A DNA stretch of 63,570 nucleotides, filler included. It is 21 parts of 21 records of this genome, joined end to end, with 100 filler letters (N's around TTAATTAATTAA, not from the genome) between each part and the next. Parts side by side here need not be neighbours in the genome. Positions count along the whole stretch, not along the records: positions 55,284 to 57,429 come from SRR36015645_136228; positions 57,530 to 60,410 come from SRR36015645_136433; positions 60,511 to 63,570 come from SRR36015645_136512; 18 more parts are not named here. One strand, written 5' to 3'. The notes beneath the pieces are model-generated. The model was not told where the DNA came from. It ran no database searches and saw only the letters and a program-made list of their open reading frames with translations. This document shows positions 55,284 through 63,570 of this stretch, in pieces. Both the position numbers and the translations under genes were made by a program. The stretch's first letter is position 1. Each line of letters starts with the position of its first letter.

Positions 55284-57429
55284 GTTATTTTGTCGTTTGA
55301 TGGGAGGGTGAATGAAAAGAGGATGGTGAAGGAATTTGTACGTGGCAGCATTTTTTCCGTCAGCAATAATAGTTTGGAATCAGTTAAAACTTCCGATAGT
55401 TGGAAAGCTTGGCACGAGGATGCCCTACTTCCGCTGTTGTATGCCAATTTAAATGATTCAACGCACGAGAAACAGCCATTGCCTGCCCTGGATGGAAGCT
55501 ACTTACTTATTGGTTCAGTTGTCGTTCATCGAGAAAGCAATAACTGCGATAACCAAAGCACCAAATTTGTTGAGACAAACATTTCAACCATCGAGCGTTT
55601 TAATGATGTAGAATGTGGCTGTGCCAGTTGTGAAAGAATCGAGGATAACCTTGGCAGACATCCAGATGATTGGAACAGACAGAAGATGTTGTATAATACC
55701 AATGCTGACCGAAAGGATGTTATAATTACTGAATTCTTACTGTACCACCCGCAGACAAACTTATTCGTACAACCTAGATTAGTTTGGCACCCTCGCTCAG
55801 ATATTTCACCTACCTTCTCTATCTACATGACAAATTTGTACCGGTACCAAACTATGAATGATTATGTAGTATTGTTAAGTGAGTTAGCGTTTTCAACATT
55901 TGTTGTATACTCCATGTTTGTTGAGATAACACGCTTGTTGTACAAAGGTTTTAAATATTTCCGATCAGTCCATAATATATGCAAATTAGCATTTATTATT
56001 CCATCATTCGCATACGTATGTTTAATTATCTATCGATTGTCCGTTGTTGATGATATTCTCGTCTCGTTGCATGATTCGTTCAATGAAGATTTTGTCGATA
56101 TCAGTGCAGCAGCCATTTTGGATGACGCGATCGCTATGACTTCTGGTTTTGCGACATTCTTCTGGTTGTTAATGAGCTTGGAGGTTTTCAGACATAACTC
56201 GTCGTGTGGGAAATTTCTTCAAATTTTACGGAAATCATTACAGGAGTTAACCGTACTTGTAATAATTGTAGTGTTTACATTATTCATGTGCGGTCGTTGT
56301 TTAACCATATTTTTCATGAGTGGAAGTAGAAATTTTAAGGATGCTCTGTCTGCGATGCAATCATTGTGTTATATTCTAGTCCGAAAGTCACCATATTTAG
56401 ATGTAAATAATGTAAAATCATTTCATGCAAGCATTTTATTTGCTCTCACATTTGTACTACTAGTTATAATTAATGGCATGATAAAAGCTATTTTTAACTT
56501 TCGTTATAGCCGGGAAAAATCGGAGAATACTTCCACGTTATCGTTAAACGATGTAAAAGGAATGCTCGCCTCTTTAATACACAGCCAGTCAGTCAGTAAA
56601 AAATGTGCCAAAGATTGCCATGGTAACCTAGCAGTACAAAAAGTTCCGTTAGAGCTTAGGTTGTCAGAATTTGAAGCTCAAGTTGAGGAGCTTGTGTTTC
56701 GACTTGGGTCGTTAACAAATGATTTTGGTCTTCAGTCCGGTGAAATCTGCTCAAACGAGGGCGAGTTTGCTGATGAGCGCGAGTTGAGCGCAGAAGGATT
56801 TACGGAGAGCGAAAACAGTCATTTGTGGCACGATGATGAAATGTGTGATTTCGACGATGAAACGGGAATCTGTCCCAACGATATTCTGTACACCAGCGAC
56901 GAGTCTACGAATTTATATCCACGAACAGTTGTTATACATTCGTCGTCAAACGGCAGCGAATCATCATCCGTCAGTAGTCAATCATCACCTGTCAGGGTTA
57001 AATCATCACCTGTCAGTTATCAATCAGGTTCTGTCAGGAATAAATCGTTGAAGAGCTTTAATAATCCATTATTTGAATTTGGACAATCATTACCTGTCAC
57101 GATTTATGCCAACAAACACCAGTCAGATATACAAAACACGTCGTATGTCAGTAATCATTTACGTAATGGTAATCATGTCAGTAATCATTTACCTGATGGT
57201 AATCATGACTGTAATCATTTACCTAATGGTAATCACGATTTACTGCCTATTGGAAATTGCTCTCCAGATATCAGTAATGAGTCCCCACATCCCACAGTTG
57301 GTATCAGTCGAATAACGCCTAGGCACGATAATTCACGTCACCGATTATCAACAACTGACGCCATTCCAAAGGCCAAAGGTCATAGTTCACCGAGTACTTC
57401 CAGCTCGGGGTCGGATTCGGTGCCAGCGG
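55284..57429 (+). CDS. Polycystin (PKD1-like/PKD2-type) channel domain with disordered C-tail, fragment
   Basis: EFLLYHPQTNLF and LYRY...DY..LLSEL.F..F..Y...E...L..G.KYF.S..N, followed by several hydrophobic TM segments, FVD...A..DD, a pore-like NFKD.LSA and a Ser-rich tail. Confidence 0.7.
56961..57044 (+). repeat. 21-bp coding tandem repeat x4
   Basis: tcatca(t/c)c(c/t)gtcag...aa units at 56961, 56982, 57003 and 57024. Confidence 0.8.
57147..57236 (+). repeat. 30-bp coding tandem repeat x3 (VSNHLxNGNH)
   Basis: gtcagtaatcatttac(g/c)t(a/g)atggtaatcat repeated three times. Confidence 0.9.
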
Positions 57430-57530
57430 NNNNNNNNNNNNNNNNNNNNNNNNNNNNNNNNNNNNNNNNNNNNTTAATTAATTAANNNNNNNNNNNNNNN
57501 NNNNNNNNNNNNNNNNNNNNNNNNNNNNNT

Positions 57531-60386
57531 AACGAATTCTTTGAAATCATCCGTTCTTTAGGGAAAACGTGCGAGATATGTCAGAAGTACAGAAAGAGTA
57601 CACCAAAACCAATTGTTGGTTTGTCATTGGCCAAGGAATTTAATGACACAGTAGCTATGGATTTGAAATCTTATCTTGAGGTACTGATTTTACATATGAT
57701 TGACCATGCTACTCGATTTAGTGCGGGTGTAGTAATAAAGTCAAAATCCAAAGAAACAATTGTTAAGAACATTCTTATGCATTGGATAGCATTATTCGGC
57801 GCTCCTAATAGGTTTCTGTCCGATAATGGGGGCGAATTCAACAACTATGAATTCCAGGAACTCAGCGAAAACTTGAATGTGGAAATTCTTACCACGGCTG
57901 CCGAATCACCATGGTCGAATGGTATCGTAGAACGACACAATGCTACCATAGCCAATATAATGGACAAAGTTATAGCGGACAGGAAATGTTCGATAGATGT
58001 AGCTCTGGCATGGGCTCTCAGTGCTAAAAACTCATTGCACAATGTGTATGGATTCAGTCCGAATCAGCTGGTGTTCGGAAGAAATCCGAATCTCCCATCA
58101 ACTATCACTGACAAACCTCCTGCTTTGGAAGGATGTACATCAAGTGAGATCGTAGCGCAACATCTCAATGCCTTACATTCTGCTAGAAAAGCGTTCATTG
58201 AAAGCGAGGCTTCGGAAAAAGTGAGGCGTGCTTTGAGGCATAACATACGACCAATCACTACTGTCATCTATAATACTGGCGATAAAGTCTACTACAAGCG
58301 AGCCAACCAGAAGGAGTGGAAAGGTCCAGGAGAAGTAATAGGACGGGACAACCATCAAATCTTCGTTAAACATGGAGGCATGTATGTTCGTGTACATCCT
58401 TGCAGCCTGCGATTGATAACAGCTCCAGAATCACATGAAGATAGTATGGGGAACAACGTTGACGATGATGTAAATGTTGATGTTCCAGAATCACAGGAAG
58501 ATAATAGGGGGAACAACGTTGACGATGAATCGGACAATGACGATACACATAGACCAAATGAACATGAGGGTGAACGTCATGATGACGATGATGATACACA
58601 TAGACCAGCACTTGAGGGTGAGCATCATGATGAAGAACATCGTTTTGATGATGATCACGGTGAAAGAAATCGGACCGTCTCCCAAGGGGAAATGCCCCCA
58701 TTGAAGTGTCACATTAAATACAAGACTAGTAGAGTAGATCCTTGGAAGCAAGCCATTATTATCAGTAGAGCTGGTAAGCAAACAGGAGGCAACAAATTTT
58801 GGCTGAATGTGCAGGATAAGGAAAACAATGCAATACATAGCCTAAACTTTCGAGAAATTGACGAATGGGTAATTGAAGAAGAGAATATTCTCGTCGTAAA
58901 TGCTGATTGTCATGAAGTTCTAGAGGCTAAACAAAGGGAATTAGATAACTGGAGAAATCATAATGTTTACTGCGACATAGATGATGAAGGACAAGAGTAT
59001 GTTACAGTTAGATGGGTAATCACAGAGAAATGTCAGGACAATAATGACATAATAGTGAAGGCAAGGTTAGTTGCCAGAGGGTACGAGGACCCGGAAAAAC
59101 ATACACTTCGTACAGATTCACCCACGTGTTGCAAGGAAAATTTGCGAGTACTGTTTGTAATCGTATCTACTAACCATTGGAATTCATCTACTATTGACAT
59201 TAAAGCAGCATTTCTACAAGGAAAGCCTGTTGATAGAGAGATATATCTCAAACCGCCTGTTGAAGCCGGAACGAAGGGCCTATGGAAATTAAACACCACA
59301 GTATATGGTTTGAATGATGCGTCAAGAGAGTGGTATCTCCGAGTGAAGGAAGTCCTACTGGAACTGGGTATGAATATGTCAAAATATGATGAGGCAGTAT
59401 TCTTCTGGAAGTTTGATAATAAGTTGCAAGGAATCATAGCATGTCACGTGGATGACTTTTTCTGGGGAGGCACACAGCTGTTTGAAAAACAGATTGTCAC
59501 CACACTGAAAACAACATTCCAAATAAGTCGAGAAGATACTTCTTCATCTTTCAAGTACATCGGTTTGGAAGTTGTCAAGAAGGGAGGCGAAATTAAAGTC
59601 CATCAACAGCGATACATCAAGGAAATAGCAATGCTACCGATACCAAGCAAATCAAAATTAGATCTATTAGACGACAAAGAAAAGCGCAATCTCAGACTCA
59701 TCAGTGGGCAGCTAAATTGGCTAGCAAGCCAAACCCGACCAGATATGGCATACGAATCCTGTGTATTAAGCACCTCGATCAAAAACGCGACAGTCGACAA
59801 TGTTGTTTATGCCAACAAAGCCATAAGAAAAGTGAAGTCAGAAACAGTTGAGTTACATTTTCCTGATCTGGGTGATCTATCCAAGGCACAGTTGATTGGT
59901 TTTTCGGATGCTTCTTTTGCGAATTTACAGGAGGCAGGCTCACAAGGAGGAAACATAATCTTCTGGTATGGAGAGAATGGAAAATGTGCGCCACTTATAT
60001 GGCAATCGAAGAAAATCCGACGAGTGGTTAAAAGCACGTTGGCTGCAGAGACACTGGCTCTGTTGGAATGTGCCGAAAATGCATACATGTTGCGATCTCT
60101 AATGAAAGAGATACTATCGCTAGACAGTGTGCCAGTGATTTGTGTCACAGACAATAAATCCCTACACGGCTGTGCATATTCCACGAACACAATAATTGAC
60201 AAGCGTCTCAAAGTAGATATTTGTGTCATAAGGGACATGTTACAACGACAAGAAATTACCCGTATATTGTGGACGGATGCTAAGAAACAATTATCGGACT
60301 GTTTGACCAAGAGAGGAGCTTCTTGCAACTATCTACTCGAAGTCCTGAGTGGATATGTGGATCTAGCTCTCATCTTGCGTGAATGA
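57531..60386 (+). CDS. Ty1/copia pol (integrase-RT-RNase H), GalEa-like, 5'-truncated
   Basis: IN-RT-RH domain order. Motifs CEIC, AMDLK, SDNGGEF, SPWSNGIVERHN, KARLVARGYE, DIKAAFLQG, VYGLNDASR.W, HVDD, FSDASF, RRVVKSTLAAE, QLSDCLTK. Confidence 0.9.
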   Translation, partial: NEFFEIIRSLGKTCEICQKYRKSTPKPIVGLSLAKEFNDTVAMDLKSYLEVLILHMIDHATRFSAGVVIKSKSKETIVKNILMHWIALFGAPNRFLSDNGGEFNNYEFQELSENLNVEILTTAAESPWSNGIVERHNATIANIMDKVIADRKCSIDVALAWALSAKNSLHNVYGFSPNQLVFGRNPNLPSTITDKPPALEGCTSSEIVAQHLNALHSARKAFIESEASEKVRRALRHNIRPITTVIYNTGDKVYYKRANQKEWKGPGEVIGRDNHQIFVKHGGMYVRVHPCSLRLITAPESHEDSMGNNVDDDVNVDVPESQEDNRGNNVDDESDNDDTHRPNEHEGERHDDDDDTHRPALEGEHHDEEHRFDDDHGERNRTVSQGEMPPLKCHIKYKTSRVDPWKQAIIISRAGKQTGGNKFWLNVQDKENNAIHSLNFREIDEWVIEEENILVVNADCHEVLEAKQRELDNWRNHNVYCDIDDEGQEYVTVRWVITEKCQDNNDIIVKARLVARGYEDPEKHTLRTDSPTCCKENLRVLFVIVSTNHWNSSTIDIKAAFLQGKPVDREIYLKPPVEAGTKGLWKLNTTVYGLNDASREWYLRVKEVLLELGMNMSKYDEAVFFWKFDNKLQGIIACHVDDFFWGGTQLFEKQIVTTLKTTFQISREDTSSSFKYIGLEVVKKGGEIKVHQQRYIKEIAMLPIPSKSKLDLLDDKEKRNLRLISGQLNWLASQTRPDMAYESCVLSTSIKNATVDNVVYANKAIRKVKSETVELHFPDLGDLSKAQLIGFSDASFANLQEAGSQGGNIIFWYGENGKCAPLIWQSKKIRRVVKSTLAAETLALLECAENAYMLRSLMKEILSLDSVPVICVTDNKSLHGCAYSTNTIIDKRLKVDICVIRDMLQRQEITRILWTDAKKQLSDCLTKRGASCNYLLEVLSGYVDLALILRE
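58425..58607 (+). repeat. Short duplications in the acidic IN-RT linker of the copia element
   Basis: ccagaatcaca.gaagata.ta.ggggaacaacgttgacgatga at 58425 and 58485; ga.gatacacatagacca at 58539 and 58590. Confidence 0.8.
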
Positions 60387-60510
60387 GTAGAAGGATAACA
60401 TTGTACATAGNNNNNNNNNNNNNNNNNNNNNNNNNNNNNNNNNNNNNNNNNNNNTTAATTAATTAANNNNNNNNNNNNNNNNNNNNNNNNNNNNNNNNNN
60501 NNNNNNNNNN

Positions 60511-63402
60511 TGTCGGTTGATTCTTGTGAAGAACATGTGCTTGATGTACATCCAGCGGTCTTAGGTAGTGGTGCCGGAATGTAGATTCCCTGGACCAGTC
60601 CGCTGCCTTCATAATGCTGGAGAGGTTAGCTCCACCATAGTACGCGTATGTCGTAGAGACGCTTCGTGTCGTACCTGCGGAAGCTTTAATGTCAGCCAAT
60701 TGTAATACCTTACATATCCATTTGGATAATGTGACCTTGCTGACGGGATAATGAGGCTTAATAAAAGATAGGAATAACTTATCCTGACCATTGGATCTGA
60801 ACGGTTCGGTTCTAGAGATATATTCCTGTAATGTGCGAACTGCACATATAGCCTCATCTTCAGCATAGCTTTTAACAAAAATGGGAGTATTATTGTGGCT
60901 TGGACGATCTGTCTTTGAAAGTCCACATAAAATAAAAGTTACTCCCTCACTCGTTATTCTCATATGTTCTTTTGACATACTGAGTAAATATAAATCGGCT
61001 ACTCTTTTAGCCGTAGTAAGAGCCAGCAACATTATTAATTTAAACGAAAGTAATCTCAATTCTAGTTGCTGTACTGGGTTCCAAGATTTTAGTAGCTTTA
61101 GTACTAATTTCAATTCCCATTTCGGGAATAATTTGACCCTTGGCGGTCGTAAATTAAAAATGCCTTTCATGTATCTTGTGACAAGAAAGTGTTGGCCTAT
61201 AGGTACACCCCTGATGTAGCTATGAGTGGCCGAAATGGCTGAGCGGTACAGATTTATTGTACTATATTGTCTACCGTCTTCAAATAGGTCGCTCAGAAAT
61301 GAAACAAAAATATTTACAGGAGCGTTAGTGGCATCAATTTGTTTTCTATTACAAAATAATTGCCACTTGCGCCATGCTGCTGAGTATTGTCTTTCAGTGC
61401 CCTCACGCCAAGATGCGAGTACAATTGTTCTGGATCTTGGCGATAATTGGAAATTTGAGATTTGTTGCTGGTAACTGGCCATACGGTCAATTTTAGCATT
61501 TGAATTGTCCTGAATGGTACCCGATCTGATAGGGGAATTGACATCAGGTTCATTTTGCACGGCAATATTCTGGGGTTTGCATACAGAAGATTTAGTACTC
61601 TCAGAAACCAAGGTCTGCCTGGCCAGAACGGTGCTATGAGAAGAACTTGGCAATTTTGAGAATTTTGTATTTTCTGAATTACATGTGTTATCAGTGGAAT
61701 TGGGGGAAAGGCGTAAGCGAAAATCCCGTCCCAATTTTGATTCAGTGCGTCGGTCCCTACCGACTGCTGGTCTATCTGCCAAGAAAAGTACGCTGGCAGT
61801 TTCTGGCTCAGACAGCTGGCAAATAGGTCTATCTGCGGTGTCCCAAACACCTGAAAAATTTTGTTGGCTACAGGTTGATGTAGAGACCATTCTTTGGTGT
61901 CTAACCTGTTTCTGGATAATTTGTCTGCTAACTGGTTCTCTGAACCGGGCAGATGTTTCGCTTTCAATTGAATGCCCTGCTCTTGGCACCAATTTAGTAT
62001 CTCTATGCTCAGCTGGCATAGAGTGTGTGATCTCGTTCCACCCATTTTGTTTAGGTATTGGACTGCTGTGAAACTGTCTGACAGAACGAGCACACTTGTT
62101 GTCTGGATTATATCCAGAAATGATTGGAGACCTAGCCAAACTGCCTTTAATTCCAGATAGTTTATGTGATTTGATCTGTCCCCTACTGACCAAGATCCCC
62201 ACGCTCTGCGCTCTAGGCAATGTGCTCCCCATCCGCTGAGGGAAGCATCTGTTGTTACAGTAAACTGGGGTTCGCACACCCTTATTGGTGCTCCCAGGTG
62301 GTGATTCAGTGAGTCTATCCACCAATTTATATCCTGAACGGCTGAAGCGGTCAGTGGGGTTTTTATTTGATCTAATGAGCTGTGATCCTGAAAGGACTGA
62401 AGAAAGCATTGTTGCAGATTCCGAAAGTGGACTCTGCCCATAGGATTTGCAATGAACGTGCTTGTGAAGTATCCCATAAGTGACAGGATTTGACGGAGAT
62501 CTGGATTCGGAGTTTTTAGTAACTCTCGAGACTTCTGAATGATAATGCTGATCTTCTGTGGGGGAATCTTTATTAACCCCTGTCCTAGGTCGAAGAGAAA
62601 ACCGAGGTACTCTATTACCTGAGTTGGAATTAACTTTGACTTTTGCATATTGACTGTTAGGCCCAGATGCATTAGTAGTTTTAGTACAAAGTTCTTTACT
62701 TCCGTTACTCTCTTTTGCGACCTCTCGAGAATCAAAATGTCGTCGATATAAATGAACATTCGAATGCCTATTTTCCGACAAAATTCTAGAACAGCCTGCA
62801 TTACTTTTGTAAAGGCCCTTGGGGCTGTACAAAGGCCAAATGGGAGGCAAGTGAATTGGTAAATTGTACCCTTCCACTGGAACCGTAGATATCTTTGATG
62901 GGACTTTATGACCGAGAGGTGGAAATAAGCGTCTTTCAAGTCGATCGTTATTGCCCAATCGCCCTCTTCTACATGTGGTAGAATTTCTGGTATTGTTAAT
63001 AACCGAAATTTGAAGTTCTTTATGAACTTGTTGAGTGGCCTCAAGTTTATTACTGGCCTTTTGTCTCCCGTTTTCTTGGGGACGACAAAGAGGATACTGT
63101 GAAATCCCTCGGTTGAAGGGATTGGCACTTTTGTTACTGCTCCCTTCTGTAATAGAGATCTTATCTCTGATTCGACCACAGTTATGCTGTTTTTGGTTGT
63201 ACATGACTCTCTTGTGTTGTTGAAGGGGGGAGGGCTGGCAAATTCTATGCTGTAACCCCTGACAGCCTCTCTGACCCATTTGTTCTCGGTTATGAAGTCC
63301 CAAGCGGGTGCAAAATACTTTATGCGCCCCGCTGTTAATGCTGGTACATAGGTTTGGTGAGGGATTTTCAGCAGCATGGCATTCATTGTTGTCTTTGTTG
63401 AT
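60511..63402 (-). CDS. DIRS retrotransposon tyrosine-recombinase ORF (long N-extension overlapping RT), truncated
   Basis: T..QY..AW..W, YSTIN.YRSAIS, TAKRVADL, LSKT, LFLSF.KP, AGTTRS, AADWS..STF..HY. The frame is open from immediately after the gag stop. Confidence 0.88.
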
Positions 63403-63569
63403 TCATTTGGAACCATACGTGTTCCTGTTGGTTCGGCCTCTAGGGCGTCGTGAGCTTCTCGAGGGTGCACGGCCTCGAAAATTTGAGCTATATTGCTGCG
63501 TGGAATACGAGTTTGTTGGGTATGGACTATACCGATAGGATGACTGTCCTTGGTACCTGCCCCTAGGCC
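61314..63569 (-). CDS. DIRS RT-RNase H-adenine methyltransferase-like ORF
   Basis: LFVVPKK.GD.RPVINLR.LN, IDLKDAY, LPFGL..APR.FTK, YIDD. RNase H TDASLSGWGA, HINYLEL, N.LAD.LSR. MT-like IDLFAS, DAL.QNW, YAFPP, IAPFWP..PWF. The frame is open to the window edge. Confidence 0.92.
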   Translation of the reverse strand, partial: GLGAGTKDSHPIGIVHTQQTRIPRSNIAQIFEAVHPREAHDALEAEPTGTRMVPNESTKTTMNAMLLKIPHQTYVPALTAGRIKYFAPAWDFITENKWVREAVRGYSIEFASPPPFNNTRESCTTKNSITVVESEIRSLLQKGAVTKVPIPSTEGFHSILFVVPKKTGDKRPVINLRPLNKFIKNFKFRLLTIPEILPHVEEGDWAITIDLKDAYFHLSVIKSHQRYLRFQWKGTIYQFTCLPFGLCTAPRAFTKVMQAVLEFCRKIGIRMFIYIDDILILERSQKRVTEVKNFVLKLLMHLGLTVNMQKSKLIPTQVIEYLGFLFDLGQGLIKIPPQKISIIIQKSRELLKTPNPDLRQILSLMGYFTSTFIANPMGRVHFRNLQQCFLQSFQDHSSLDQIKTPLTASAVQDINWWIDSLNHHLGAPIRVCEPQFTVTTDASLSGWGAHCLERRAWGSWSVGDRSNHINYLELKAVWLGLQSFLDIIQTTSVLVLSDSFTAVQYLNKMGGTRSHTLCQLSIEILNWCQEQGIQLKAKHLPGSENQLADKLSRNRLDTKEWSLHQPVANKIFQVFGTPQIDLFASCLSQKLPAYFSWQIDQQSVGTDALNQNWDGIFAYAFPPIPLITHVIQKIQNSQNCQVLLIAPFWPGRPWFLRVLNLLYANPRILPCKMNLMSIPLSDRVPFRTIQMLKLTVWPVTSNKSQISNYRQDPEQLYSHLGVRALKDNTQQHGASGNYFVIENKLMPLTLL

Positions 63570-63570
63570 T
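63403..63570 (-). CDS. C-terminus of DIRS Gag-like ORF1
   Basis: RPRGRYQGQSSYRYSPY...NFRGRAPSRSSRRPRGRTNRNTYGSK*. Arg/Gly-rich, ending in TGA at 63405-63403. Confidence 0.65.
   Translation of the reverse strand, partial: RPRGRYQGQSSYRYSPYPTNSYSTQQYSSNFRGRAPSRSSRRPRGRTNRNTYGSK

Noticed and set aside
60385-60410. Polypurine tract and TG start of the 3' LTR of the copia element
   Set aside because: The purine run is short and interrupted, the contig ends 24 bp after the stop, and there is no second LTR to compare.
2426-60510. Regularly recurring TTAATTAATTAA palindrome as a CRISPR-like or biological repeat
   Set aside because: It is always embedded in 44+44 N, so it is an artificial six-frame-stop linker. 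ORF ends reading XXX-LIN are artefacts.
63478-63484. A_AAU_UUU slippery heptamer in DIRS gag
   Set aside because: The RT frame is +1 relative to gag and the recombinase is in frame 0, so a -1 shift reaches neither.
50-63538. The many short (60-195 aa) ORFs in the track
   Set aside because: Almost all are antisense or alternate-frame shadows of long ORFs with no motifs.
1-63570. Co-location of RTs, nucleases, methyltransferase and ankyrin protein as one defence or retron-like system
   Set aside because: The genes lie on separate contigs, and each matches a known eukaryotic TE or host gene class.

Overview
This window is not contiguous DNA. It is 21 contigs of about 2-5.4 kb joined by 20 artificial 100-bp linkers (44 N + TTAATTAATTAA + 44 N). 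The content looks eukaryotic and animal-like, probably an aquatic invertebrate: it has GT-AG splice sites, CFAP58- and polycystin-like genes and typical metazoan transposons. Seventeen contigs are transposable elements. Six are divergent Academ (AcademX-type: DDE transposase + XPG-like nuclease + Cys8) transposases, one nearly full length with terminal inverted repeats. The rest are two THAP/P-element transposases, one frameshifted Sola2-like transposase, three RTE/RTEX-like LINEs, one Penelope-like element, two BEL/Pao, one GalEa-like copia and one DIRS element. Four contigs are long host exons: an ankyrin-repeat protein missed by the ORF track, a disordered exon, a CFAP58-like gene and a polycystin-like gene. 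Small non-autonomous elements (a MITE, a foldback, a Helitron end) lie in putative introns. The best leads are ORF junctions implying translational recoding: (1) a Penelope-like RT in the -1 frame behind a Gag-like zinc-knuckle ORF, (2) a LINE whose ORF1 and AUG-less ORF2 are separated by one in-frame UAG, and (3) a LINE with a canonical A_AAU_UUU slippery site. Family names come from motif recognition only; no searches were run. Adjacency across linkers carries no biological meaning.
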